Shown: positions 27,747-39,212 of the stretch, one piece after another
Layout of the letters: every line of letters starts with the position of its first letter
How positions within the stretch are numbered: the first letter of the stretch is position 1
Source: a virus
Lineage: Duplodnaviria; Caudoviricetes
Length of the DNA stretch: 57,253 nt
Strand: one strand, 5' to 3'
IMG/VR virus record: IMGVR_UViG_3300046352_000133
Coordinates: 1-57,253 of that record
The notes under the pieces: generated by a model
Databases searched by the model: none
What the model was told of the DNA's origin: nothing
The model's input: only the letters and a program-made list of their open reading frames with translations
Made by a program: the position numbers and the translations under genes

Positions 27747-30700
27747 ATGTCTGTAATTAAAAAAACCCTATTTGATGAAAAGCTAGAAAAAGTAAATGTA
27801 TTAATAAATGATACAGATGCTAATAGTAAGTATTTCAAAATAACCGAACTTAATGATACATTTACTGGCGGTAAAAATGCATTCCTTATTCAAGGTTCTG
27901 AATATTTGGTAAGTGATACTATAATCAAAATCCAAATAAAAGATGCAAATGGTAATACTATTTATTATGAACCAGGAGAAGGTATGGTTTCCTCTTCTGT
28001 AAATGGAGAACCGTTTGTATCAGAATATTATGAAGGAACATCAAAAGTAGTTTCGGTTTACATCTACCCAAACAAAACAATAGATACAAATGGCAATCCA
28101 TCGGATGGAACTGCATTTGGACCTGCTACGATTACCATATTAGGTGAATTAAAAGAATACGAATCAAACGGATTAGTATTACCAATTCCACCCGAATGGG
28201 AGGGGCAGTATAGTGTAAAATGGACAAGAACGGTAAATATAAATCCATCATTACCGAATGTTACAAAGATTCGTTTTTACAAAAGACCAACTGCAACTAT
28301 TAAAGAATTGTTGCAACCATTGTATAGTATTGATGGTGGTACTGGATTAAAAGTAGATTCTGGAATAAGTCAATCATTTGCTCAAATAAACCTTTCCAAT
28401 TTAGAAACATTTGCAGGTGATGTAAAAAGAGTAAAAGTTTTTAGAACATCGCAAGGTGATATTTCTGATTACGATTTAATACAAGATGTTTTATTAGAAT
28501 CAAAAGAATTACTAACTACATATGGGTTAAGTGGTAGTGTAATTGGAGAAACAGGTATATTTACATCGGAAACTTTACAAAATTATTGGAATACAGGTTC
28601 TTTAAGAGCAGAACTTACTTCAAGTAGAATAGAAAGTGGATTAAAATTATCAGGTAGTGGTATATTTGCATATACTCAATCATTAGATTTAAGTTCTACC
28701 AATACATACGAATTAAATTTAGATGCATTTTATTCATCATCTGTAAGTTCTAATTTAGGAATATATTTAAGTTATACTACTGAATCAAAAACAGTTAGTA
28801 GTAGTATTGGAACTTTATATGGATTAGCACCAACAAAAAACCTTTTAGATACAGTAATACCATTTACTATTGGAAGTAATTACCCATCTGCATCTTTATA
28901 TTTTTCTCAATCAAGAGGAGAATGGCATTTAGGTAATATAAGTTTAAAACTATCAGAGGATACGGCATTCTCACCAGATAGTGTTTCGTTTATTACAACG
29001 ATGCCAACTATATTAGGAAATGATTTATTTAATTTTAAATTTGAGTTTTATGATTTAAATAACAACTATGTTCCGGTATTTGTAACTCAAAGTGCAACAT
29101 TCGTTGGTAGTCAAAGAGCAATAAATACGGATGCAATTATAAGCGCATCACTTTCACAATCATTAGATGCTTTGTATAAAGTATCATCTTCTATTAGTGG
29201 AACAATGACTACATACAGTTCATCAGCTAGTGGTAGTATTACAGTAGTTAGTGGTTCTGTATTTAGTTTAAGTGGTTCGGTAAGTACATCAGTATTACTA
29301 TTAACTGGTTCAATTAGTTCATCATTATCATCTTCATTTGGATTTACAAGTAGTTCCGTTTATACATTAAGTGGTAGTGTTAGTTCATCATTATCATCGT
29401 TGAGTTCATCCGTAAGTCAAAGTATATATCAAGGATTATTACCCGCATTTACAAAAGTTCAACAATTAGCAGATGGTAATTATAGTGGTTCATTTATAAG
29501 TGGTAATATAATTTACGCACCTGTAATAGGTGGCCAGTTAGGATATTTTAGTACGTTATTTAAAGTTGGACAATCACCTAATTCAATTTATTTAGATGCA
29601 AGACAAACTCCTAGAAAAATATTCATAGGTGGGGTAGTACCAGGTGGAGGAGATACGGAATCATCAGGAGCATACAATAATACAAATACATCTGTTTACT
29701 TAGATAGTGCAGGTCAATTCTCATTAGGTAATAAATTATCATATGATGGAACAAACTTATCAGTAAATGGAACTATAAATGTAACTGGTGGTGATGCGGC
29801 AACTGATGCAAATGCTTTATTATATTCACAAAGAGCAGCTGCTTCGGCATCAATATCGGCATCAACTGCATATACAAGGTTACAATCTTTGGCAGATGGT
29901 GGATATAGTGGCTCGTTTATAGGTAGTACAACCATTTATTCTCCAAATATTGGTGGACAAAACGGATACATTTCAAACATATTAAAAGTTGGACAAAATG
30001 GTATAACATTAGATGGTGGTAATAGAAAAATATATGTAGGAACAGGAACTTATGGAAATGCAAATACTCCATTTTATTTTGCATCAGGTTCTACAAATGT
30101 ATTTTCATTAGGTGATAAACTTACATTTGATGGAAGTAATTTAAGTGTTAATGGTAATGGAACATTTAGTGGTAATTTATCAGCAGCAGGTGGTTCATTT
30201 ACCGGAACATTGGTTGCAGCGGGTGGTTCATTTTCAGGACAAATAAGTGCAGCAAGTGGGCAAATTGGAGGCTGGACAATTGATAACTCTTCAATATATG
30301 TTCCAAATGCAATTTCATTCAACTCTTCTGCAAAAACTATAACAATTTCCGAATCAAGTGGAACACCTAGAATATTAATCAATCAAAATACTTCATTTAG
30401 TTCTTTGACTGCGGGTTCTCCATCAACCGTATCCGCTGGAACTACTGTTAATAGTGGTGTGTATTCATTTGGTGATTATGATAGAACATTAGGAACGATT
30501 GCAACCGTTAGTGGTAGAAGTTACAATATTACAAGTACATTTACTGCTACAAATGGTATAAATGCTATAACATTGAGTGCGGGTGCATATTCAATTAGTG
30601 TATATTCTAAAATTATAATAGATAATGGTGTAACTACTATTGAAGTTGCACAAGAATCAGATGGTGTATCTGGTTACAATACTACGGCAACATGGAGTGC

Positions 30701-31328
30701 TATAAATGGTGCAGTTCATAATTCAACTCTTACGGGTAATGGAAATACTTGGACAGTAATTCAAAGATTTTCAATGAACATTATGGGTGCACCTGGTGGT
30801 ACATATGCTTCATCATATACCCAACCTGCGGTTAGTGTAACAATGGCAGGGGCAAACTCATTTGTTGAAATTATTGCAGGTGGTATTCAAGTTGGTAGAG
30901 ATTCTGCAAACTATGTAATTATGGATAGAACTGGTACTAATCCTATGTTGCAAGTTGGTGGAGATGGTACATTTACAGGTGATGTAACGGCAAATACTTC
31001 GGATAGACGATTAAAGAATAATATTAGAGTAATAGATAATCCATTAGAAAAATTATCAAAAATAAATGGTGTATATTTTAATTGGAATGATGTTGCTAAG
31101 GAATTGGCAAATAAAAGTGATGTTGAAGAAGTTGGATTTTTAGCACAAGAAGTTCAATCTGTATTACCACATATTATTAAACCTGCTCCTTTTGATATTG
31201 ATACAAAAACAGGAGAATCTAAAAGTGGTGAAAATTATCTGACAATTCAGTATGAAAAAATAGTTCCATTATTAGTGGAAGCAATAAAAGAATTAAAAAA
31301 AGAAATTGACGAATTAAAGAATAAGTAA
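27747..31328 (+). CDS. Tail fibre/spike with C-terminal intramolecular chaperone (peptidase S74)
   Basis: Ser/Gly-rich fibre repeats, GQIGGWTI, then SDRRLKNNI...GVYFNWN...[12 protein letters not shown]...[15 protein letters not shown]. Confidence 0.88.
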   Translation: MSVIKKTLFDEKLEKVNVLINDTDANSKYFKITELNDTFTGGKNAFLIQGSEYLVSDTIIKIQIKDANGNTIYYEPGEGMVSSSVNGEPFVSEYYEGTSKVVSVYIYPNKTIDTNGNPSDGTAFGPATITILGELKEYESNGLVLPIPPEWEGQYSVKWTRTVNINPSLPNVTKIRFYKRPTATIKELLQPLYSIDGGTGLKVDSGISQSFAQINLSNLETFAGDVKRVKVFRTSQGDISDYDLIQDVLLESKELLTTYGLSGSVIGETGIFTSETLQNYWNTGSLRAELTSSRIESGLKLSGSGIFAYTQSLDLSSTNTYELNLDAFYSSSVSSNLGIYLSYTTESKTVSSSIGTLYGLAPTKNLLDTVIPFTIGSNYPSASLYFSQSRGEWHLGNISLKLSEDTAFSPDSVSFITTMPTILGNDLFNFKFEFYDLNNNYVPVFVTQSATFVGSQRAINTDAIISASLSQSLDALYKVSSSISGTMTTYSSSASGSITVVSGSVFSLSGSVSTSVLLLTGSISSSLSSSFGFTSSSVYTLSGSVSSSLSSLSSSVSQSIYQGLLPAFTKVQQLADGNYSGSFISGNIIYAPVIGGQLGYFSTLFKVGQSPNSIYLDARQTPRKIFIGGVVPGGGDTESSGAYNNTNTSVYLDSAGQFSLGNKLSYDGTNLSVNGTINVTGGDAATDANALLYSQRAAASASISASTAYTRLQSLADGGYSGSFIGSTTIYSPNIGGQNGYISNILKVGQNGITLDGGNRKIYVGTGTYGNANTPFYFASGSTNVFSLGDKLTFDGSNLSVNGNGTFSGNLSAAGGSFTGTLVAAGGSFSGQISAASGQIGGWTIDNSSIYVPNAISFNSSAKTITISESSGTPRILINQNTSFSSLTAGSPSTVSAGTTVNSGVYSFGDYDRTLGTIATVSGRSYNITSTFTATNGINAITLSAGAYSISVYSKIIIDNGVTTIEVAQESDGVSGYNTTATWSAINGAVHNSTLTGNGNTWTVIQRFSMNIMGAPGGTYASSYTQPAVSVTMAGANSFVEIIAGGIQVGRDSANYVIMDRTGTNPMLQVGGDGTFTGDVTANTSDRRLKNNIRVIDNPLEKLSKINGVYFNWNDVAKELANKSDVEEVGFLAQEVQSVLPHIIKPAPFDIDTKTGESKSGENYLTIQYEKIVPLLVEAIKELKKEIDELKNK

Positions 31329-32755
31329 TGGCATTACCACCATCGGGAACAATTAAAATGTCGCAAATAAAAGCTGAATTGAGTTCAACATCGAATTCAT
31401 TGAGAGCATATAACGTCATTGCAAAAGCTGCTACATCTAATGTAAAATTTGATGCTCCTGATAAATTAAGTGATTTTTATTCGTATTTAAGTGGAACTAC
31501 AACTACAACTGTTACACCAACCGTAACACCTACTCTAACACCAACAGTTACACCAACGGCTTCACCAACTACAACTATACCACCATTAACTATAACAAAT
31601 AGTGGTGTAACTTGTTCTGGTGCACTTGGTGCATTCACTTCAACAATTGCAGGGGGCAGTGGTACATATAGTTTTATTGCAATTGCAACCTCACAAGCAG
31701 ATGCATCTAACGCGGTTAATGATATTAGTGGTACAAGATATTCAGTATCATCTAATCCATATTTATGGACTAATATATCAAACGGTACTTATTATGTTGC
31801 GGTAAAAGATTCGTTGGGTACGGTAACGGTTCAAGGAGCATCAGTAACAGTAAATTGTATTCCACCAACAGTTACTCCAACAGTTACACCAACTGCAACG
31901 CCTACTTTAACACCTACTCTAACACCAACTATTATACCAACGGCTTCTCCAACTACAACTATACCACCATTGACATTATCAAATAGTGGTGTAACTTGTT
32001 CTGGCGCAGTAGGTTCGTTTACTTCAACAATCGCAGGAGGTACTGAAACATATAGTTTTATTGCAATAGCAACTTCTCAAGCAAATGCAGATAATGCAGT
32101 AAAAGGAATTAGTGGAACAAGATATTCTATATCACAAAATCCATACCCTTGGAATAGTATTTCAAATGGTACTTACTATGTAGCGGTAATGGATTCGGCA
32201 GGAACTGTTACAGTTCAAGGTGCATCGGTAACAGTAAATTGTATTCAGCCAACTGTAACACCAACTGCAACACCAACGGTTACTCCAACAGTTACACCTA
32301 CGAATACACCGACTGTTACACCTACGGCTACACCAACGGATACACCAACTACTAGTACCACTACGGCTACACCAACTGTAACACCAACTGCAACACCAAC
32401 GGTTACTCCAACAGTTACACCTACGAATACACCGACTGTTACACCTACGGCTACACCAACGGATACACCAACTACTAGTACCACTACGGCTACACCAACT
32501 GTAACACCAACTGCAACACCAACGGTTACTCCAACAGTTACACCAACGGCTGCACCAAATGATTGCCAACAATATAATTTGTATAATGGTGATAGTCAAT
32601 ATTCAGATTTTTATACTTATCAGTCTTGTGATGGGAATTGGAATTACGATGTTGAATTACAATATAGTGGGTTTGTATATATTTGTGCAAGAACTGGAAC
32701 AGTTAGTGCAGGTGGTGCAATAGATGTAAGTGCTGCACTAGGTGCATGTTCATAA
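31328..32755 (+). CDS. Mucin-like Thr/Pro-rich virion protein with two Cys-flanked beta domains
   Basis: N-terminus [18 protein letters not shown]...LSDFY, typical of genes following S74 fibres; three (PTxT)n tracts; two ~128-aa repeats ending GTYYVAV.DS.G...VTVNC; Cys-rich C-terminus. Confidence 0.8.
   Translation: MALPPSGTIKMSQIKAELSSTSNSLRAYNVIAKAATSNVKFDAPDKLSDFYSYLSGTTTTTVTPTVTPTLTPTVTPTASPTTTIPPLTITNSGVTCSGALGAFTSTIAGGSGTYSFIAIATSQADASNAVNDISGTRYSVSSNPYLWTNISNGTYYVAVKDSLGTVTVQGASVTVNCIPPTVTPTVTPTATPTLTPTLTPTIIPTASPTTTIPPLTLSNSGVTCSGAVGSFTSTIAGGTETYSFIAIATSQANADNAVKGISGTRYSISQNPYPWNSISNGTYYVAVMDSAGTVTVQGASVTVNCIQPTVTPTATPTVTPTVTPTNTPTVTPTATPTDTPTTSTTTATPTVTPTATPTVTPTVTPTNTPTVTPTATPTDTPTTSTTTATPTVTPTATPTVTPTVTPTAAPNDCQQYNLYNGDSQYSDFYTYQSCDGNWNYDVELQYSGFVYICARTGTVSAGGAIDVSAALGACS
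31553..32245 (+). repeat. Diverged direct duplication, period 384 bp (128 aa)
   Basis: ccaacggcttc(a/t)ccaactacaactataccaccatt at 31553 and 31937; both copies end acagtaaattgtatt. Confidence 0.85.
32249..32544 (+). repeat. Perfect tandem repeat, 123-bp unit, ~2.4 copies
   Basis: Units start at 32249, 32372 and 32495 and encode [41 protein letters not shown]. Confidence 0.92.
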
Positions 32756-32786
32756 TACAAATATACTAATTAAAAATAAAAAAGTT

Positions 32787-33758
32787 ATGAAAAATTTAAG
32801 ATTTATATGTGCTCAACCTGCTATTACTTATTACGTTTGGCAAGTTGAAACTATGATAAACAATTTTATGGAGATGGGTATAAACCCTAATCAAATTGAT
32901 ATTGTTTGTAGTATTGGAGATGATGGGATTCCATCGGATTGGTCAAAATTGGCTAATAGGTATCCCGCAAGATTTCTTTTCTATAAAGATATTCGTGTAA
33001 CTAAACACTATGTTTCATCTATCAGACCTAATATACTTAAACAACATTGGTTAAGATTTCCTGAATTAAAAGATGAAGTAATTCTTTATCACGATTGTGA
33101 TATACTTTTAACAAAACCACCTAAAGATTGGATTACCGAAGAAATGCTTACTGATGATAATTGGTATGGTAGTGATACAAACTCATATATTTCTTATGAT
33201 TATATCAAAGAAAAAGGTGATGATGTATTGGACTTAATATGCACAATAGCAGGCATTAGCAAAGAACTACTTAAAGAAAATAATCTAAATTGTATAGGAG
33301 CTCAATATCTTATGAAAGGTATTACTAATTGGTATTGGGAAAGAGTTGAGTTTGATTGTGAATTAATGTTCAAATATGTTACTGAATTAAATAATCAAAA
33401 AATTATTGAGGATAGAAGAACAATGCCACCCGAAGAAGACAGAATACCATACCACCCTTTACAAATTTGGTGTGCCGATATGTGGGCGGTATTATGGGGA
33501 GGTTGGAAAATGGGAAAGAAAACAATTTGCCATCCTAACTTTGAGTTTAGTTGGGGAACACATAGTGAAGATGATTGGAATAAGTTTAATATATTTCACA
33601 ATGCAGGAGTTTTAAATACTATGGATGAACTATTTTACAAAGGTAATTGGATGAATGAATTACCATATGGTAAGGAGTTAAATATTAAAGAAAATACAGC
33701 ATCATTAAAATATTGGGAATGGGTTAGTAAAACGGGAACTACATCATGTTTGATTTAA
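32787..33758 (+). CDS. GT-A glycosyltransferase resembling GT95/GT96 peptide O-glycosyltransferases
   Basis: YYVWQ near the N-terminus, YVSSIRPNILKQHWL, DxD (HDCD), IGAQYLM, WCADMWA and IFHNAG. Start placed at ATG 32787 after the A-rich leader. Confidence 0.6.
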   Translation: MKNLRFICAQPAITYYVWQVETMINNFMEMGINPNQIDIVCSIGDDGIPSDWSKLANRYPARFLFYKDIRVTKHYVSSIRPNILKQHWLRFPELKDEVILYHDCDILLTKPPKDWITEEMLTDDNWYGSDTNSYISYDYIKEKGDDVLDLICTIAGISKELLKENNLNCIGAQYLMKGITNWYWERVEFDCELMFKYVTELNNQKIIEDRRTMPPEEDRIPYHPLQIWCADMWAVLWGGWKMGKKTICHPNFEFSWGTHSEDDWNKFNIFHNAGVLNTMDELFYKGNWMNELPYGKELNIKENTASLKYWEWVSKTGTTSCLI

Positions 33759-34741
33759 GACCTATATTTTTTTATTGGGATGGGTTTATTCATTCGGATA
33801 GATTACAAATATTAAAAGATTGCATATATTCAACAAGATTATGGAATCCAAAACACAATATAGTTTTAATTTCAAATAATTTAACACAAGACTTATTTGA
33901 TGATAGATTTGCAATAGAAGTTCGTAAATGGGATAAATCATTTTTTAGTGGATTACCTATACCTGAAGAGAAATTAGATAAATACATTAATTCACATCCT
34001 AGAGATTTTAGTGATTTATTTAGATTAGTTCTACTATATCAATTTGGTGGTAGTTACATCGATACTGATGATTTAGGTATTAAGGCAATATCGGATACAC
34101 CAAACTTAATTTGTAGAAGTTATGACCCACATACATCATTTTATTCTAAAATAGATGCAGATGGTTGTGTGCCAGGTTGGACAAGAGAATTAAGAGGATG
34201 GGATAACATCAATATGTTTCCACGCAATGATTGTTGGCATAACTTTGAACCTAAATCTGAATTCATAAAAGATTTACTTTGGAATGATAACTTCTTATCT
34301 AATAAGGATATTGTTTCTATATGTGGAGAGTTAAGTTGGCAAGGTTTAACTAATGATACTTGCATTAAAAGATTAGAAGGATTTGGAACGGAATGGAACT
34401 TTGGTTTAACTTTACTTTATTTATTTGAAGATTTTATATCAGTAAGTTCACAATGGGATAGATGTGTATTAGGTGGGGAAATGTGTGAACTATGGAAAAA
34501 ATTACCAAATGTAAACGATTACGATTGGGGGTTTTATAAATGTAAACGGGATGATGCATTAGAATTTTATAATATAATATATAACTTATACCCAAATCTT
34601 TCACATATGTGGCTTCATCATAAAAATGAAAAAGCTGAGTGGATGTTAAATGAATTAGATGAGGATGGTTTATATTCAGTTTCTACTTGGATATATTGGG
34701 ATATAAAACAAAAAATAAAAAAATATGAGCGAAAAATGTAA
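33746..34741 (+). CDS. Glycosyltransferase, GT32/Och1-like DxD family
   Basis: IFFYW, CIYS...NP and SDLFRLVLLYQFGGSYIDTD. Confidence 0.85.
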   Translation: MFDLRPIFFYWDGFIHSDRLQILKDCIYSTRLWNPKHNIVLISNNLTQDLFDDRFAIEVRKWDKSFFSGLPIPEEKLDKYINSHPRDFSDLFRLVLLYQFGGSYIDTDDLGIKAISDTPNLICRSYDPHTSFYSKIDADGCVPGWTRELRGWDNINMFPRNDCWHNFEPKSEFIKDLLWNDNFLSNKDIVSICGELSWQGLTNDTCIKRLEGFGTEWNFGLTLLYLFEDFISVSSQWDRCVLGGEMCELWKKLPNVNDYDWGFYKCKRDDALEFYNIIYNLYPNLSHMWLHHKNEKAEWMLNELDEDGLYSVSTWIYWDIKQKIKKYERKM

Positions 34742-35351
34742 ATTTTCAATAATAATACCTACAATGTGGTGCAGTGATTTAATTTTTAAATTATTGGATT
34801 TACTAAACGATTCCACATTTGTTGGAGAGATAATACTAATTGATAACGATAAGTCAAAGAGACCATCTCAAATCAATTCTACAAAAAAACTAAGAATCAT
34901 AGAGCAAGAAAAAAACATTTATGTCAATCCTGCCTGGAATTTAGGTGTTGAATTAGCGAATTATCCAAACATTTGTATATCGAATGATGATTTAGTTTGG
35001 AATGTACAAATACTCCCTATTATTTTTGAAAACATACATTTAGGAATTATAGGACAAGCTACATCAAATTACTTTGAAGGAGATACTGAAATAAAAATAG
35101 AAGCTATTACTGAAAGGAATTGCGGATGGGGATGTTGTTTTTTTTTACATAAAGATAATTGGATTCCAATACCTTCAGAACTTAAAGTTGCGTATGGTGA
35201 TGATTGGTTAATTAGTAAAATAAAACCATATCAGATAAGTGGAACAATGGTAGAAACAGAACCACACCCGTGGGGATTATCTCGTACTGCAAGTAAGAAT
35301 GAATTTGTAGAAATATCATTTAGAGATGAGGAGGCATTTAAGAAATTATGA
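34725..35351 (+). CDS. Glycosyltransferase family 2
   Basis: FSIIIPT, EIILIDN, NIYVNPAWNLG, ISNDD and GDDW. Confidence 0.85.
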   Translation: MSEKCKFSIIIPTMWCSDLIFKLLDLLNDSTFVGEIILIDNDKSKRPSQINSTKKLRIIEQEKNIYVNPAWNLGVELANYPNICISNDDLVWNVQILPIIFENIHLGIIGQATSNYFEGDTEIKIEAITERNCGWGCCFFLHKDNWIPIPSELKVAYGDDWLISKIKPYQISGTMVETEPHPWGLSRTASKNEFVEISFRDEEAFKKL

Positions 35352-36034
35352 TTTCAGTTTTAACATTAACATACCAAAGAAAAGATTTATTAGAAGAAGC
35401 AATATACTCATTTCTAAATCAAAATAAATTAGAAAATGCTGAAATGGTAATAATAAATGATTCACCAATAGTAGAATATCGAATAGATAATCCAAAGGTA
35501 AAAATAATAAATCTAAATAAAAGATTTAGTTCTGTTGGAAAAAAATTAGAATGGGGATTTACTCAATGTAATGGTGATGTAATATATCGTTTAGATGATG
35601 ATGATTTACTTACACCTTGGGCATTAGAATTACAAAGAGAATATCATATTGATTCACCTGCTAGTGATATATACCGATGTCAAAAACATTATTTCTTTTC
35701 TAATAACCACTATGAAGGAATTTCCGATTCTGTAAATAATGGTAATGCATATAAAAATAAATGGATTAAAGGAATTGATATTATTGATAAATCTATTGGT
35801 GAAGATAATTGGCTAACGTTTCATACAAATGCCAATATACATATAGGAGATAAAGGTAGATACTCTATGATTTATAGGTGGGGTATGGGTGTATATCATA
35901 TATCAGGAATGGGTGACAGACCTAATGAAGAAATATATAAAAAAACTGATGAATCTAATAAAGAGTCTGGTGTAATATATTTAGAACCAAAATTTAAAGA
36001 AGAATATTGGTCACAATTACCACATTTATTTTAA
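35348..36034 (+). CDS. Glycosyltransferase family 2
   Basis: ISVLTLTYQR, EMVIIND, GDVIYRLDDDD and GED. Confidence 0.88.
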   Translation: MISVLTLTYQRKDLLEEAIYSFLNQNKLENAEMVIINDSPIVEYRIDNPKVKIINLNKRFSSVGKKLEWGFTQCNGDVIYRLDDDDLLTPWALELQREYHIDSPASDIYRCQKHYFFSNNHYEGISDSVNNGNAYKNKWIKGIDIIDKSIGEDNWLTFHTNANIHIGDKGRYSMIYRWGMGVYHISGMGDRPNEEIYKKTDESNKESGVIYLEPKFKEEYWSQLPHLF

Positions 36035-36074
36035 TAAAAACACCCGTTTTGTTGTAAATTAAATAATTATAAGT

Positions 36075-37058
36075 ATGATTGTATTTATCACAACAGGTTA
36101 CGGAAAAAACATAGTAGGAGGTTCGGATATATGGTGTAACAACTTTGTAGAGAACATCTTACCATTAGTTACAGAAGATTACAAAATTGTAGTTGATGGT
36201 AGACCTTTGTTGCCAGAAAAAGATGCAATCTACACTTTTGGAAACGATGAGGAAATAGATAGCATATTAGATGAGTGTGATAAGATAGTGTTTCTACATC
36301 ATTCTTACAAACCAAATCCTATAATCAAAAAGTATCTTCACAAAACTCACACAACTTTTGTTCATGCTTTTATTCCTGATATGTTAGGATTAAACGATGA
36401 ATACGAAAACCTAATGACAAGAATGGATTGGCATTGGCAAAAGGATATTTTAGATAATTCTAAAAATATCGTATGGATAGGGTATGATAAAGATACAATA
36501 CACACATACTACCCAAATACAATTACTATACCAAACTACTATGAATGGAAACACAACAAACCATATACGGAGGTAGTAAGTAATAAGATTGGTTATGCTG
36601 CAAGATGTGAAACGAGAAAGAATGCTCATTACTTAGATGGGATACCTGCTTTTATATTCTCAAACAAATATGATTACAAACGAATGTTGGAGGGGAGTAA
36701 GATAAATGCAGATGTGCATACTTTTATAGAGTTTGATTATCGTTTTCATAACACATTTTTTCAAAAACAATTTAAAATATTTCACGGTTGTTACACCAAA
36801 GAACCATTTGGGTATGCTATATTTGATGCAATAGATAATGGAAAACTTCCAATTATACATTCTGATTGGATGAAAGATATTAAATACAGATACAGAGCAA
36901 TGAATAAAAAACAATTTCACTATCAGTATCTCAGAATATTAGAAGATGGGTTTGAAAAAAATAAAAAACAATTTGATAGATTAAAAAAAGGATTAGAAAA
37001 ATTTACAAACAAACAAAATTGGATAAATGAGGTCGTTAAATATATTAGCAACATATAA
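36075..37058 (+). CDS. GT-B fold glycosyltransferase (GT4-like)
   Basis: N-terminal VGGSD, IPNY, GYAARCETRKN and EPFGYAIFDAIDNGKLPI (variant of E-x-F-G-x4-EA). Confidence 0.75.
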   Translation: MIVFITTGYGKNIVGGSDIWCNNFVENILPLVTEDYKIVVDGRPLLPEKDAIYTFGNDEEIDSILDECDKIVFLHHSYKPNPIIKKYLHKTHTTFVHAFIPDMLGLNDEYENLMTRMDWHWQKDILDNSKNIVWIGYDKDTIHTYYPNTITIPNYYEWKHNKPYTEVVSNKIGYAARCETRKNAHYLDGIPAFIFSNKYDYKRMLEGSKINADVHTFIEFDYRFHNTFFQKQFKIFHGCYTKEPFGYAIFDAIDNGKLPIIHSDWMKDIKYRYRAMNKKQFHYQYLRILEDGFEKNKKQFDRLKKGLEKFTNKQNWINEVVKYISNI

Positions 37059-38349
37059 TGAGTTACAAAATTTGTTTCCAGAAGCAAATTTAATTTCAAT
37101 AAATGATATTACTCGTAATACACACCATAAACTTATTATAAATAATAATGGTGAAGATATTGAAATACATCATCATATACAAAACCCATATGATATACTT
37201 AATGAATTAAAATCATTTGATAATATAACTTCAATTGATTTGTTATATATTAATCCAATAGATGATTTGATAATAGTGGTTGATAGAAAAATATGGAGTG
37301 AGTTTTATTTACCACTAATGAAATCAAACACAATTGAATTTTCTAAATTAGAACAATTATATGTTGAAAAAAATGTAAAAGTTTTATTTAATTTTGCATT
37401 TTTAGAAGCAAATGAATATGAAATAGATGAAAAATATTTTAGATATGATTTTAAATTTAATCATATTAAAATGATAGATTATGAATTATTTGATGGTGGT
37501 AAAAATTTTCATTACGATTCATTCTATTCTATGTTTCATTTAATGGCAGAAGGACAGTTTACACATTTTTTATTTCCAGATTATACTACTGGTAAATTAC
37601 CATATAATAATAATTTTTATGATGTATTTGAAAATCTTAATATATCACATAGTATAGACAAACCATATGTTTATTGTAGCCAGGCATTAAAACCAAGATT
37701 TCATAGAGTTCAGTTTTTGTTAAAAGCAAAGGAATCGGATATATTAAAAAGTGGTTTAAATTGCATAAATGAAAAATTCTTATCAGAATATTTACAAGCA
37801 ACTAGTGAAGGACATATTTATACAGACCATACAACAACTCATACCGATAATCATATAAAATATTTTACAAAAGAAAATTTTAATAAATTACAATCTATAC
37901 GAAATGAAATAAATGTTACACCTTTGAATGCTCCATTTGAGTTTGACCATTTACTTTATTATTTTAAAGAAAGAGAATACGATTTATCATATTTTGAAGT
38001 GATTGGTGAAACACATTGTATTTTTAATTTAAAATATGGATTCTTTACAGAAAAATCTATAAAACCAATATTATCGGAAAAACTTCCATTGATATTTGGT
38101 TCTAATAAAGTATATAGTGAATATGAAAGAATTGGCATAGATTTATTTTTAGATGAATTTGGTTTACAAGGAATTCAAACAAAAAATGAATTAGAACAAA
38201 TTGATATGATAATTGATTTTTTAAAAAACAAAAATATAAATGATGCTAAAAATATATTCATTCAAAAAACACCAATATTAAAAGAAAATAAAGAAAAAAT
38301 TACAAAACATTATTGTAAAATAATGAACAATATAAATAAATTATTATGA
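37027..38349 (+). CDS. Hypothetical glycan-island protein, possible GT-B/GT10-like C-terminus; paralog of 50727..52136
   Basis: KPRFHR...SYFEVIGET...FFTEKSIKPI....PLIFG motif shared with 50727. Confidence 0.55.
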   Translation: MRSLNILATYNELQNLFPEANLISINDITRNTHHKLIINNNGEDIEIHHHIQNPYDILNELKSFDNITSIDLLYINPIDDLIIVVDRKIWSEFYLPLMKSNTIEFSKLEQLYVEKNVKVLFNFAFLEANEYEIDEKYFRYDFKFNHIKMIDYELFDGGKNFHYDSFYSMFHLMAEGQFTHFLFPDYTTGKLPYNNNFYDVFENLNISHSIDKPYVYCSQALKPRFHRVQFLLKAKESDILKSGLNCINEKFLSEYLQATSEGHIYTDHTTTHTDNHIKYFTKENFNKLQSIRNEINVTPLNAPFEFDHLLYYFKEREYDLSYFEVIGETHCIFNLKYGFFTEKSIKPILSEKLPLIFGSNKVYSEYERIGIDLFLDEFGLQGIQTKNELEQIDMIIDFLKNKNINDAKNIFIQKTPILKENKEKITKHYCKIMNNINKLL

Positions 38350-39209
38350 TACTAACAAACGGTTGTTCATATACCGCAGAAGGTGATAATTGGCCAAACG
38401 GATTTGTAAATTATGGTTATACCTTTTATGACAATTTTAATAAAGAAAATAAGCATGATATTGTAAATATAGCAGCCGGTGGTGCAGGTAATACTTTAAT
38501 CCGAAGAAAAACTTTTCACGCACTACATGGAACAAAATACAAAAACAATGTGCATTATGCAATAATCCAATGGTCTACGATTGATAGGTGGGATTACCCT
38601 ATTTTTGTTTCGGAAGATAAAGCAAATAACTTTCCAAGAATGAATCAATTTCCAGAAAGAATAAACAAAATAAATTATATGCATAACGGAACGGATACGG
38701 AAGGGTATGCAAAAGAATTTTATGAAAAGTATTACTCAATTCATGGTGCAGTTATTGATACATTAGAAAACATATACCATACACAGATATATTTAAAAGA
38801 TGCAAACATACCATATAAGATGATTACTATTGGTAATTTGTTTGCAATGGATGCTAGTATAAGTAAATTAATTGAATTGCAGGATGATAATGAAAGAGGA
38901 AATTATTCAAATTTAAAAATTAATAATATATTAGAACAACTAGAAGATTACGAAGATTCTTTTTATGAAGTTAATATAATAAAAGAATTATTAGAAAAAA
39001 TAGATTTTAGTAATTTTTTATTTACTAATAATAATATAATAGGTGGATTTGGTGGAGGAATAATAGAGTGGCTAACTGATAATAATGAATCAATGCATAA
39101 ATACGGATACCATCCAACTTTAAAACAATCTACTAGATTTTTTGATGAATTTTTATGGCCTAAAATTAAAAATGAAGTAGAAGCAAGTTATACTAAAATA
39201 AATCAATAA
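38346..39209 (+). CDS. SGNH-hydrolase-like protein; paralog of 53139..54182
   Basis: N-terminal NGCSYT, NIAAGGAGN, IIQWS..DR and C-terminal HP. Confidence 0.6.
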   Translation: MILTNGCSYTAEGDNWPNGFVNYGYTFYDNFNKENKHDIVNIAAGGAGNTLIRRKTFHALHGTKYKNNVHYAIIQWSTIDRWDYPIFVSEDKANNFPRMNQFPERINKINYMHNGTDTEGYAKEFYEKYYSIHGAVIDTLENIYHTQIYLKDANIPYKMITIGNLFAMDASISKLIELQDDNERGNYSNLKINNILEQLEDYEDSFYEVNIIKELLEKIDFSNFLFTNNNIIGGFGGGIIEWLTDNNESMHKYGYHPTLKQSTRFFDEFLWPKIKNEVEASYTKINQ

Positions 39210-39212
39210 AGT

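Noticed and set aside
32249-32544. Tandem repeat considered as a CRISPR array or DGR template/variable pair
   Set aside because: Units are contiguous, in frame and identical, with no spacers, no adenine-specific mismatches and no cas or reverse transcriptase gene in the window.
32162-32599. Minus-strand ORFs with WCS/RRCN and VGVT repeats (32162..32599, 32245..32484)
   Set aside because: They are antisense shadows of the (PTxT)n repeat on the + strand; no independent start signals.
36035-36074. Possible terminator or promoter between the GT2 and GT4-like genes
   Set aside because: Only a weak A/T stem and no match to either promoter motif at the right spacing.
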